A stretch of 61,233 nt of DNA from Candidatus Odyssella sp. (GTDB lineage: Bacteria > Pseudomonadota > Alphaproteobacteria > Paracaedibacterales > CAITNM01): assembly GCA_020726185.1 (NCBI GenBank), contig DYTB01000006.1:1-61233 (forward strand), written 5' to 3'. The notes under the pieces were generated by a model, which made no database searches, was not told where the DNA came from, and worked only from the letters and a program-made list of their open reading frames with translations. Below are positions 10,257 through 19,904 of this stretch, piece by piece. The translations under genes and the position numbers were made by a program. Positions within the stretch are counted from its first letter, which is position 1. Every line of letters begins with the position of its first letter.

Positions 10257-11060
10257 TTACCACTTAAGTGTTGCAGAAAAATAAGTTGCCTTACTTTCAT
10301 TATCAACTTCATAAGATGTTGCAATAAGCATTGCATCCATATTGTGTCTTAATGCTCCTTGAATATCGGTATCACCGGTCATTAGCACACGATCAGGATA
10401 TTTTAGTTGCTTCAGTGCGCGAATAAATATTTCAGGAAACGGTTTACCAAAACTAAGCACTTCGCCGCCTAGTAGATGGTAGCGTTGTGATAATAAACCT
10501 GGACGTAAATGCTGTTTTTTTGAACAAAAAGCTAATAAATCTGGGTTAGCACATATAAATTTCAAATTTCGCTTTATGGCATGCTTAAAGATTTCATCAT
10601 AATGAAGAGCAATATCTTTTGGATCCTTGACAGCGTGGGGAACCGCCAAAGCTAAAATAACATCAGCCTCATGAATATCATCCGTAACACAATGTAAATT
10701 GCTAATTTCCTGCCAGTTTTCCCAGTAGTGGGTATCAATTAGATAAATTTTTTTTGCGATTTTATACTCATTCTGAATATATTCAAAACAAAGATCACCC
10801 GCAGTTAATACTGTTTGGTACAACTCTGCAGGTAAACCACATTGTTCCAGATTTTTTCTGCAATCTATCCTTAAAAATGGGGTATTTGAAATTAAAACAA
10901 CTGGTTTTTTTAATGAATTTAAAATTTTTAGCACCTCTAACGCATCTTTAAAAATTGCCCCTCCTTCATATAGGACCCCCCATAGATCAAATAAGAAACA
11001 GTCATACTTTTCTGAGACGTCACGAAAACCTTTTATAATTTTACCCATGTTCTTTTTCAT
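10257..11060 (-). CDS. HAD-IIA hydrolase (TIGR01459-like)
   Basis: FLFDLWGVLYEG, ISN, CANPD and FGKP. Motif IV is shortened to GDTDIQGA. Confidence 0.8.
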   Translation of the reverse strand: MKKNMGKIIKGFRDVSEKYDCFLFDLWGVLYEGGAIFKDALEVLKILNSLKKPVVLISNTPFLRIDCRKNLEQCGLPAELYQTVLTAGDLCFEYIQNEYKIAKKIYLIDTHYWENWQEISNLHCVTDDIHEADVILALAVPHAVKDPKDIALHYDEIFKHAIKRNLKFICANPDLLAFCSKKQHLRPGLLSQRYHLLGGEVLSFGKPFPEIFIRALKQLKYPDRVLMTGDTDIQGALRHNMDAMLIATSYEVDNESKATYFSATLKW

Positions 11061-11219
11061 TTGATTAAAATTGTAAAAATTTCTATTTATTTTTTTTTAT
11101 TACGTGTTAGCATTATAGAGGGAAAGTAAAAACCAAAAATTAAAAGTATTTATTTTGTGTTAATTATATCCATTATATTATTAACAGAACAAGTAATTTT
11201 ATTTGCAAAAGGATTTCCG

Positions 11220-13067
11220 ATGACTGACAACGACATTATTGTCTCATTTATAGATACAAATCCTGTATTTAAGATTTTAACACCAACTGATAAATCACGC
11301 TTTATCAGTAAGTTAAGTGTTGAAAAATATAGTGTTGACGCTGTAATTCACAACAACTTTGATCACAGTTCTTCAGGATTTTTTGTAGTAAATGGATCAG
11401 TTAATTTAAAAAACACAAATTTTGAAAAAAAAGTTAACACAGGGCATTTTTTTTCTTGCGAAAGTGTTCTTGGGCTGCAAAATCACACAACTAAGGCCAC
11501 TTGTGTTGATGAATGCACAATTATTTCCCTGTCAGATGGCGCACTAAACACGCTGGTTAATTTAAATCCAGACGCGCTGAGTTATTTTAGCGAAAATACA
11601 TTTGAAAACTTGGGAATAGTTGAAAAACAACCAGCCTCTGCCACAAAATTAAAAACATTCACAGAAACTGCTATGTTTGATTTTGAGGGTAGCATTTGGA
11701 GTTGGTTAGCCCTGCTTATTTGTACTCCAGCACTATATGCTTATATGCAAACTCCTGCAATTTCAAGTGACGCCAGAATATTCCTTACGTTTTTAGCAGT
11801 ATGCATTTTTATGTGGGTATTTCGTTTAGTTCCTTATTATATTCCAGCACTATTTACCATACTTGGAACTTTAGCTGTCGATATAGCCCCTGTAAAAGTG
11901 GTTTTAAGCGGCTTTTCATCGGAAAGCTTCATTATGATTATGGCCCTTTCTGCTGTTAGCTTGGTAGTGATCAAATCAGGTATTTTGTATCGAGCCTTAA
12001 TTAAATTATTATCGATCAGCAAGTGTAGTTATAATTTCTACAACTTTATTTTATTTTTCATAGGGTCAATACTTACACTCTTTATTCCAGCAATTGTCAC
12101 TCGTTGCCAAATTATGGCGCAATTAACTAATGAGGCTAGAGACTTATTAAATACTAAAAAAACTGATTCGTTCAGCACAAGTTTGGCAGTTACAGGTTTT
12201 TTTGGAGCAAGCTTATTCTCAACCATATTTTTTACCGGATCGTTAATGAACTTTTTGGTGCAAAATATTTTACCAACCCAAGAACAAACCCAATTTCAGT
12301 CATTAGGTTGGATTAAAGCATCAATGATGATGGGAGCATTTTTTCTTGTTGGTTATTTAGTAGCATTTTGTGCAGTTTTTTTAAACAAGGAAAAATGCGA
12401 ACTGAAGAAGGAAATCTTAATTTCTAAATTAAATGCTATTGGAAAAATCTCAATAATTGAATGGTGCGCAATTTCAGCTGTTGCTTTTTTGAGTGTAGGA
12501 TTTTTCACATATTTTCAGCACCAAATTCACCCTGCTTGGGTTGCCACCATAACTATGCTAGCGCTTGTAGGAGTTGGGGCATTCGGTAAAAAAGATTTTC
12601 AAACAGGAATAGACTGGGCATTTATCATTTTCATAGCCACTTGCTCTGGAATTGGAGCAACTCTGAATTATCTAGGCTTAAATGATATTATTGCTAAAAA
12701 TCTTGTTAATCTTTTAGGAACAAACTTTAAAGATCTTTTTTATTTTATATCGCTAATAATCATATCAACACTATTGATTAGGATGTTTTTACCAATAACA
12801 CCTTCTGTGCTCATTCTATGCACAATATTTATTCCAATTTCAAACATCTATAATATTAGTCCCTGGTTAGCCTCTATAGTGATACTAGTCACAGCGGATA
12901 TGTGGTTCTTACCTTATCAAAACTTCTTCTATGTTATGTTTGAAGAATTTTTAAACAGTAATTACAATCAGAAAAAATTTATTTTATTTAATATTATTAT
13001 GAACATTGTGCGTGTTGGGGCAATTTATTTATCGATGCCTTATTGGTCTAAACTTGGTTTGATGTAA
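11220..13067 (+). CDS. Cyclic-nucleotide-binding-like domain fused to an SLC13/DASS family permease
   Basis: N-terminal ~115 aa follow the CNB pattern (PVFKIL...FFVVNGSV...GHFFSCE...ATCVDECTIISL). Then about 12 hydrophobic segments with DASS-type VLSGFSS, IPAIVTR, GIDW and LPYQ and a YWSKLGL end. Likely start ATG 11220. Confidence 0.8.
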   Translation: MTDNDIIVSFIDTNPVFKILTPTDKSRFISKLSVEKYSVDAVIHNNFDHSSSGFFVVNGSVNLKNTNFEKKVNTGHFFSCESVLGLQNHTTKATCVDECTIISLSDGALNTLVNLNPDALSYFSENTFENLGIVEKQPASATKLKTFTETAMFDFEGSIWSWLALLICTPALYAYMQTPAISSDARIFLTFLAVCIFMWVFRLVPYYIPALFTILGTLAVDIAPVKVVLSGFSSESFIMIMALSAVSLVVIKSGILYRALIKLLSISKCSYNFYNFILFFIGSILTLFIPAIVTRCQIMAQLTNEARDLLNTKKTDSFSTSLAVTGFFGASLFSTIFFTGSLMNFLVQNILPTQEQTQFQSLGWIKASMMMGAFFLVGYLVAFCAVFLNKEKCELKKEILISKLNAIGKISIIEWCAISAVAFLSVGFFTYFQHQIHPAWVATITMLALVGVGAFGKKDFQTGIDWAFIIFIATCSGIGATLNYLGLNDIIAKNLVNLLGTNFKDLFYFISLIIISTLLIRMFLPITPSVLILCTIFIPISNIYNISPWLASIVILVTADMWFLPYQNFFYVMFEEFLNSNYNQKKFILFNIIMNIVRVGAIYLSMPYWSKLGLM

Positions 13068-13079
13068 AAAGGGATTATC

Positions 13080-14120
13080 ATGATTAAATTACGTCTATTA
13101 TTTGTAGGGTTATTTGTGCTTGGTAGCACCTATTTTTTAGTCAAAGAAAGTATTTCCACACCTAGAATTCTTGTATTACAAAGTTATGGAAGTGATTATT
13201 CTTGGACACATGATGTTGATGTTGGTATCAAGAAAATTTTGGAAAAAGAAAGTACTGTTACCGTAAGGTGGCACTATATGGATACAAAAAATCACCCAGA
13301 AAAGCATTACTTAGAAAAAATTGGTATTGTTAGTAAACGAGTAATAGATCAATTCAAACCATCTGTGATCATTGCAGTAGATGACGATGCTCAGGAATAC
13401 GTGACTAAGTACTACAATAACGATCCAAACATTAAGATTGTTTTTTCTGGCGTAAACGCCACAAGGGAAGAATACGCCTTTGATAAGGCAAATAATGTCA
13501 CCGGTATTTTAGAACGCTTACCGGCTGATGGCATTGTTGACTCACTACAGCTACTTGCAGGGACGACAAATACTATAAAAATAATTCATGTAAGTGATGA
13601 GTCAAAAACCGTAAAACTTGATGATAAGTTTTTGCATGCATATAAAGGATGGAAAAATGTAAAAATGCTTCCTTCACTGCTTGTTTCAACTTTTGATGAT
13701 TGGAAAGTAGCTATTAAAAAAGCCAGCGAAGATGCCGATTATATCGTTATATCAAATTACAGAAAAATCTATGACGTTAAGGGCAGTGAGAAAAAAGTTC
13801 TCCCTAAAGAAATAATGGCATGGACTATGGCCAATGCTACTAAGCCAATAATAGGAATGAATGCGTTTATATTTGAAGATGGTGCGCGTTTAGCAATAGC
13901 AACATCCCCTTACGAACAAGGAGAGGTTGCTGCAGTATTTGCGCTAGAGATTATCAAGACAGGTGTTCTACCCCCTCATACTCAAACCAAACAGTTCGTA
14001 ATAGGAATAGATGAAGAATCTATCATGCCAGGTGGAGAATTTTTTGGACTTCCAAAAACTTATGTAGCCTATGCTTTGTATTCAGGAAAATTCAGACAAA
14101 AGAAAATCAATGCAAAATAA
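13080..14120 (+). CDS. ABC_sub_bind-type periplasmic substrate-binding protein, orphan
   Basis: N-terminal anchor; ILVLQSY...WT, YMDTK, IIAVDDDA, VFSGVN, NVTGILE and EQGEVAA motifs. Confidence 0.75.
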   Translation: MIKLRLLFVGLFVLGSTYFLVKESISTPRILVLQSYGSDYSWTHDVDVGIKKILEKESTVTVRWHYMDTKNHPEKHYLEKIGIVSKRVIDQFKPSVIIAVDDDAQEYVTKYYNNDPNIKIVFSGVNATREEYAFDKANNVTGILERLPADGIVDSLQLLAGTTNTIKIIHVSDESKTVKLDDKFLHAYKGWKNVKMLPSLLVSTFDDWKVAIKKASEDADYIVISNYRKIYDVKGSEKKVLPKEIMAWTMANATKPIIGMNAFIFEDGARLAIATSPYEQGEVAAVFALEIIKTGVLPPHTQTKQFVIGIDEESIMPGGEFFGLPKTYVAYALYSGKFRQKKINAK

Positions 14121-14136
14121 CACTCCTTCTCTTACA

Positions 14137-15024
14137 TCAGAAGGTAGATGTTTGAAGCGCTGAATATTGCAAGGCTTTCTTAAGCTTTTCAAAAGCAGAA
14201 ATTTCTAACTGACGCACACGTTCACGAGAAATTGTTAAGTTTTGACTCATTTCTTCAAGTGTTTTAGGTGGCTCATCTAAACGCCTGCCGATGATAATTT
14301 CTTGCTCCCTAGCATTGAGTGCTTTCATGGCTCCTTGCAATGCACTACGACGCTTATCGAACTCATCACGCTGGACGATTTGAATTTCTTGATTGTCGCT
14401 TTCATCCGCTAACCAATCCATCCATTCCATAGTGCTTTCGCTATCATTAATTGGCGTATTTAAAGACGAATCGTGACTTGCTATGCGCTGCTCCATTGAC
14501 CAAACTTCATCCTCTGACACATTAAGCTTTAACGCTATTTTTTGTACTAATTCTGAGGTGAGCTGATCACTGTGAAGCTTACCATCCTTTTCTTGAGCCT
14601 CTTGGATAATTGCTCGTTTGGTTTTTTTTAAGGAAAAAAACAGCTTTTTTTGTGCAGCAGTTGTACCAATTTTTACCAACGACCAGGTATGTAAAATGTA
14701 GTCTTGCATGCTAGCTTTAATCCACCACATAGCATAGGTAGAAAAGCGAAATCCACGGTCTGGTTCATAATGTTTCATGGCTTGCATCATGCCAATGTTA
14801 CCTTCTGCAATCAGGTCACTGATGGGCAGTCCGTATCCACGATAGCCAACGGCAACTTTTGCTACTAACTTTAGATGCGCAGCTGCCAATTTTTCCATGG
14901 CTTTATGGTCTTGGTTTTCGCGCCAATCTTTAGCTAGTTTATATTCTTCTTCAAGACTGAGAACCGCAAGGCTTCGAACCTTTTGTACATATTGATGGTG
15001 GTCATGATGCTGCTGCAAAATCAT
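14137..15024 (-). CDS. rpoH: RNA polymerase sigma-32 factor
   Basis: DLIAEGNIG, RFSTYAMWWI, RpoH box QKKLFFSL and SRERVRQLE. Confidence 0.95.
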   Translation of the reverse strand: MILQQHHDHHQYVQKVRSLAVLSLEEEYKLAKDWRENQDHKAMEKLAAAHLKLVAKVAVGYRGYGLPISDLIAEGNIGMMQAMKHYEPDRGFRFSTYAMWWIKASMQDYILHTWSLVKIGTTAAQKKLFFSLKKTKRAIIQEAQEKDGKLHSDQLTSELVQKIALKLNVSEDEVWSMEQRIASHDSSLNTPINDSESTMEWMDWLADESDNQEIQIVQRDEFDKRRSALQGAMKALNAREQEIIIGRRLDEPPKTLEEMSQNLTISRERVRQLEISAFEKLKKALQYSALQTSTF

Positions 15025-15089
15025 TTACAAATAAGACGCCTGCGTTAAGTTTAGCTAGTTTTTTGTAGCGTATTCAAGCAGGGTATTTT

Positions 15090-16853
15090 TCAACTAGCAA
15101 TCAGGCCTTCATTAATTTGTTGATTCCATAGTTTTGCATATAAGCCATTTTGTTGCAGTAATTTAGCATGGGTGCCTGATTCTGCAATTACACCTTGGTC
15201 TAATACAAAAATTTTATCAGCATCAACAATGGTGCTAAGCCTATGGGCAATAATAATTGTCGTCTGATTTTTAGAAATTTTTTGCAAACTTTCTTGAATG
15301 CGCTTTTCAGTAGAACTATCAAGAGCTGAAGTTGCTTCATCAAAAATGAAAATCTTTGGTTTTTTAAGTAGCATTCTTGCAATCGCTACTCGCTGTTTTT
15401 CACCACCTGATAGTTTCAAACCTCGTTCGCCAACTTTGGTTTCAAGACCTTCAGGAAGAGCTGCTATAAAACCATCAAGCTCTGCATTTTTAGCAGCTTC
15501 TTGAATTTCACTAGGAGAAGCTGGTGGAGCACCGTAAGCAATGTTGTAGCCAAGTGTATCGTTAAATAACACCGTGTCTTGTGGCACCATTCCCAAAATA
15601 TCCCGAAGGCTTGTCTGAGTGATCGACTTTAGGTCTTGGTCATCAATGTAAATACTTCCTTTGCAAGGGTCATAAAACCGAAATAGTAAGCGGGACAACG
15701 TTGATTTTCCAGCGCCAGTTGCCCCAACAAACGCAGCTGTTTCACCTGGATGTATTTCAAAATTTATATTTTTTAAAATCTGACGATCGGTACCGTAGTT
15801 AAAGCATATGTTTTCAAACACAACTTTGCCTGTTTTATAGACCAATGGTTTTGCACCTGCTGTGTCTTTAATATCAGATTCTTGATCAAGTAATTCAAAC
15901 ATTTCCCCAAGGTTCACTATTCCTTGCTTAATTTCACGGTACGCAAACCCTAGGTTAAATAAAGGCATTACTAGTTGCAGAGAAAAAGCAAACAATGCAG
16001 CAACATCTCCTGGTGTAATTGCACCTATTGCAGCGCGTTTTACAGCAAAAGCAAGCATTCCCCCAAGGCCTATAGAGAATATAATCGCCTGTCCTGCATT
16101 TAAGAAGTTAAGGGACCCTCTTAATTTTCGTGATGTTTTTTCATAAACAGCTTGCACTTCATCGTAACGCTTGACTTCAAATTCTTCATTTCCAAAATAC
16201 TTTACCGTTTCAAAATTGAGCAAACTATCAATTGCACGCGTTTGGGCTGTGTTATCGTAAACGTTCATTTGTTTAACAATTTTCAAGCGCTTGGTTGATA
16301 CAATGATCGTAAACACAACATAAGTGGCCATGGTTAAAACCATAATCACGCTGCACCACGGGCTGTACCAGATCCACAATAAAACCGATAAAAATACTGT
16401 TTCAATTATGCTTGGAAAAATAGTCATCATCAAAAACTGACTAATCATTTCTAGAGACTTGGTAGCACGCTCAATAATACGGCTAAGCCCACCAGTTTGG
16501 CGATTCAGATGAAATTTTAGACTTAACGAATGTAAATGCTTAAAGGTAGTGACAGATATTTCACGAAAAACTCGCTGGGTGACAATGTTAAAAGTGTAAT
16601 CACGCAATTCGTTAAACGTTTGAGCCAATATGCGCACAACAACAAAACCAATTAAAATACCAGCTGGAAAGATTGCTGGACTTTTTTCCAGATGATCAAT
16701 TAAGTATTTAAAAGCAATAGGGCCACATAATACAAATATGCGGCCAATCAATAAGAACGAAAGTGCACTAACAAGATACATTTTCGCTTTGACCATGTTT
16801 TTAGGCCACAAATAGACCTTAAGTTTTTTTAACGTCAATGTTTTGGTGTTCAC
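15090..16853 (-). CDS. Atm1/ABCB6-7-type ABC half-transporter
   Basis: FHLNRQTGGL, DSLLNFETVKYF, GATGAGKST and LSGGEKQRVAIAR. Confidence 0.9.
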   Translation of the reverse strand: MNTKTLTLKKLKVYLWPKNMVKAKMYLVSALSFLLIGRIFVLCGPIAFKYLIDHLEKSPAIFPAGILIGFVVVRILAQTFNELRDYTFNIVTQRVFREISVTTFKHLHSLSLKFHLNRQTGGLSRIIERATKSLEMISQFLMMTIFPSIIETVFLSVLLWIWYSPWCSVIMVLTMATYVVFTIIVSTKRLKIVKQMNVYDNTAQTRAIDSLLNFETVKYFGNEEFEVKRYDEVQAVYEKTSRKLRGSLNFLNAGQAIIFSIGLGGMLAFAVKRAAIGAITPGDVAALFAFSLQLVMPLFNLGFAYREIKQGIVNLGEMFELLDQESDIKDTAGAKPLVYKTGKVVFENICFNYGTDRQILKNINFEIHPGETAAFVGATGAGKSTLSRLLFRFYDPCKGSIYIDDQDLKSITQTSLRDILGMVPQDTVLFNDTLGYNIAYGAPPASPSEIQEAAKNAELDGFIAALPEGLETKVGERGLKLSGGEKQRVAIARMLLKKPKIFIFDEATSALDSSTEKRIQESLQKISKNQTTIIIAHRLSTIVDADKIFVLDQGVIAESGTHAKLLQQNGLYAKLWNQQINEGLIAS

Positions 16854-16942
16854 TCTGCGCTATCCATTTCTAGCCACATGGCATTTAAAATACTAAACGC
16901 ACATGCAAGACCTAGCCCTAATATCCAACTAAAGTACCACAT
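16850..16942 (-). CDS. cydX: Cytochrome bd oxidase small subunit CydX (30 aa, not in ORF track)
   Basis: Manual translation MWYFSWILGLGLACAFSILNAMWLEMDSAE*, with GAGGA RBS, directly after cydB. Confidence 0.9.
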   Translation of the reverse strand: MWYFSWILGLGLACAFSILNAMWLEMDSAE

Positions 16943-16949
16943 AAATCCT

Positions 16950-18080
16950 CTAATACATTTGGGGGTCTGATAAATCTTTTAATACCAATCGTTTGCTGAA
17001 AACTTTATACGTCCAGGTGATATAAGCAAGCACAAACGGTAGGAATATCAATACAGCGATAAGCATAATAAATAGGGTAAGCCTTGATGAAGAAGCATCC
17101 CAAATAGTTAAGCTATGATTTGGCGCAAGTGTTGATGGTAAAATAAAGGGAAAAGTTGCCAAACCAGCTGTAGCAATCACCCCGATAATACTAATTGAGG
17201 TTCCCAAAAAGCCAACAATGGCTTTTCTTTTACCTGAAACCATCGAAACTAAAAACCCGAAGCAAGCAAGCAGTGTTGCAATCATTGCACTGCTACCAAA
17301 AAAGCGCAGAGATAGCTCATCACTTTCTTCTATAAATTGCATGCCAACTATTTTTGCTAATATATTTTGCGATCCAGATGTTTCTTCAAGAGTGAATCCA
17401 AAGCATGTTCTATTTAAAACAATTCCAGCGCTTGCAAAACAAATAAGCGCTAGAAATGAAAAAGTTTTTTGAACCCCATGCGCTTTTTGAGCAATGGGAT
17501 GATCTACTTTTAATCGTAAATAAGCAGCGCCATGCGCTATTAGCATGTTTAGAGAAACCAAGCCTGCAAGCAAAGTAAATGGATTAAATAATTCAAAAAA
17601 TACACTTTTTGTTTTGAGCATTAGGCTTTCGTCAAAAACAAAAGGAAGTCCCAGAATGGTGTTGCCAACAGCTATTCCAAAAACCAAACACGGAATAATA
17701 CTTGTAATACAAAGTGCCCAATCCCAACGATTTCGCCATTCTTGGCTCGGCATTTTACTACGAAATTTTAAACCAACAGGGCGTATAATTAAACACGCAA
17801 GTACCAAAAACATAGCTAAATACATGGTTGAAAAAGCCACTGCGTACACAATTGGCCAAGCAGCAAAAAGAGCGCCAGCTCCCAATATAAGCCAAACTTG
17901 GTTGCTTTCCCAAACAGGTGCAATAGTATTAATCATTAATCGACGCTCATCATCTGTTTTAGCTAAAGCAGTAAGTAAGCTGGCAATGCCTAAATCAAAC
18001 CCATCAGTTAAGGCAAAACCTGTCAGCAAAACACCAAGCAAAACCCACCAGATGATTTGTAACATTTCAAGTGATGGCAT
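16950..18080 (-). CDS. cydB: Cytochrome bd oxidase subunit II
   Basis: TDGFDLG, PVWESNQVWLI and LTIWDASSS. Confidence 0.95.
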   Translation of the reverse strand: MPSLEMLQIIWWVLLGVLLTGFALTDGFDLGIASLLTALAKTDDERRLMINTIAPVWESNQVWLILGAGALFAAWPIVYAVAFSTMYLAMFLVLACLIIRPVGLKFRSKMPSQEWRNRWDWALCITSIIPCLVFGIAVGNTILGLPFVFDESLMLKTKSVFFELFNPFTLLAGLVSLNMLIAHGAAYLRLKVDHPIAQKAHGVQKTFSFLALICFASAGIVLNRTCFGFTLEETSGSQNILAKIVGMQFIEESDELSLRFFGSSAMIATLLACFGFLVSMVSGKRKAIVGFLGTSISIIGVIATAGLATFPFILPSTLAPNHSLTIWDASSSRLTLFIMLIAVLIFLPFVLAYITWTYKVFSKRLVLKDLSDPQMY

Positions 18081-18081
18081 G

Positions 18082-19635
18082 TTACGCTCCCTTTGTTTTT
18101 GAAAACATGTCAGGGCCAGCTTTTATATATTTTTTTAAAAGCATCACATCAAACACTAAAAGAATTGAATAGAAAACCACGAACATTGATAAGGAAATAA
18201 CGAGAGATGATTTATCAAGGTTTGAAGCAGCCATAGAGGTTGGCAGCACGCCTTCAATTGCCCAAGGTTGACGCCCGTGTTCAGCAACAAACCAGCCACA
18301 CATAATAGCAATCCAAGGCAGCGGCAAAATAACAAGACCACTACGTAAATACCACGGATGTTGAGTAAAGCTGCGTTTTACAGAATACCAAAAACCAAGA
18401 ATGAAATAAGCTAATAGAATAAATCCACAGGCAACCATGACTCGGAAAGATATGAACAATGGAACGACATTGGGAACGGTATCATGAGCAGCCTGCTTAA
18501 TGGTTTCTTCACTTACATGGTTCAGATCAGAAGTGTATTTCTTAAGCAGTAGTCCATAGCCAAGATCATTTTTGTATTTTTCAAATTGTTCTGCAGCATG
18601 ATGATTTTTTCTGTCTTTACGAAGGTCTTGTAGGGCAAGATACGCTTTCTGTCCATTTCTAATACGCGGTATTGCTAAAGCTTCAAGTTCAATGACACCA
18701 GGAATTTCTGTAGAAAAAGAACGCGTAGCAATGATTCCTAATAAATAGGGCAACTTAACTTCTAAACGGTTTTCACGTTTTTCTTGATTGGGAACCGCAA
18801 ATAGTAAAAGACTAGCTGGCGCTTTTTCTGTATGCCACATGGCTTCCATAGCAGCAATTTTCATTTTTTGGTTTTGGCTTTGGCTTGTTGTGTACCCACT
18901 TTCATCGCCTAACACAATAACGCTTAAGGCAGATGCTAAGCCAAAGCTTACAGCAACTGTCATTGAACGCTTAGCAAATTCAACATGACGTTTTTTCAAT
19001 AGGTACCACGAACTAATAGCCATAATAAACATGGCGCCAGTAACATACCCAGAGCTAACCGTGTGCACAAATTTAGACTGCGCTACTGGGTTAAAGAATA
19101 TTTCATAAAAATTGGTTAGTTCCATGCGAAGCGTATCAACATTAAAAGCTGAACCTATTGGGTTTTGCATCCATGCGTTAGCAATAAGAATCCAAAGGGC
19201 TGAAAAACTAGTACCAAAGGCTAACCCCCAAGTGACGCACAAGTGCGCCTGACGTGATAATTTATTCCACCCAAAGAAAAACAACCCAATTAAAGTAGCC
19301 TCAAGAAAAAAGGCCATCAGCCCTTCAATAGCAAGTAAAGAGCCAAAAATATCACCAACATAATGGCTGTAGTAGGCCCAGTTTGTGCCAAATTGAAATT
19401 CTAGTGTAATACCGGTAGCAACACCCATGGCAAAATTAATGCCAAACAATAATCCCCAGAATTGTGTCATTTGCTTCCAAATAGGGTTTTTGGTCATTAC
19501 ATAAACGCTTTCCATAATGGCCAATAAAAAACTTAAGCCAAGGGTTAGCGGCACAAATAGAAAGTGATACATAGCAGTAACGCCAAACTGAAGGCGAGCT
19601 AATTGAACGGCAGTTAACGATTCAAACATATACAC
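18082..19635 (-). CDS. cydA: Cytochrome bd oxidase subunit I (long Q-loop)
   Basis: HFLFVPLTLG, EFQFGTNW, KIAAMEA and EHGRQPW. Confidence 0.95.
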   Translation of the reverse strand: MYMFESLTAVQLARLQFGVTAMYHFLFVPLTLGLSFLLAIMESVYVMTKNPIWKQMTQFWGLLFGINFAMGVATGITLEFQFGTNWAYYSHYVGDIFGSLLAIEGLMAFFLEATLIGLFFFGWNKLSRQAHLCVTWGLAFGTSFSALWILIANAWMQNPIGSAFNVDTLRMELTNFYEIFFNPVAQSKFVHTVSSGYVTGAMFIMAISSWYLLKKRHVEFAKRSMTVAVSFGLASALSVIVLGDESGYTTSQSQNQKMKIAAMEAMWHTEKAPASLLLFAVPNQEKRENRLEVKLPYLLGIIATRSFSTEIPGVIELEALAIPRIRNGQKAYLALQDLRKDRKNHHAAEQFEKYKNDLGYGLLLKKYTSDLNHVSEETIKQAAHDTVPNVVPLFISFRVMVACGFILLAYFILGFWYSVKRSFTQHPWYLRSGLVILPLPWIAIMCGWFVAEHGRQPWAIEGVLPTSMAASNLDKSSLVISLSMFVVFYSILLVFDVMLLKKYIKAGPDMFSKTKGA

Positions 19636-19766
19636 TACTTGGTTAGATGTTGATCAATTTGAGTAGAGCTTAAGTGTATGCGGTGGTTACGCACATAAAC
19701 AATTAAAAGCGCCAAAATGACTAGCTTAATGGCAATAGCTATTTTGATATCTTTAAATTTGGGCAT
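19635..19766 (-). CDS. CydP-like small membrane protein (43 aa, not in ORF track)
   Basis: Manual translation MPKFKDIKIAIAIKLVILALLIVYVRNHRIHLSSTQIDQHLTK*; GGAGG upstream; stop overlaps the cydA start. Confidence 0.65.
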   Translation of the reverse strand: MPKFKDIKIAIAIKLVILALLIVYVRNHRIHLSSTQIDQHLTK

Positions 19767-19904
19767 TCATACCTCCACTCAACCTCAGTATAGCGTAAGT
19801 GAATACAATTTTATAAATATTTTAAGAAGACTATAAAATATTCATTGAAAATACAACTGCATATCACTATATATAGTTAAGATAGTTTATTTTGGTTTAT
19901 TATT

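Noticed and set aside
7753-14120. tRNA-Ser-anchored integrative island
   Set aside because: The module lies 5' of the tRNA rather than 3', and I found no integrase or duplicated tRNA end.
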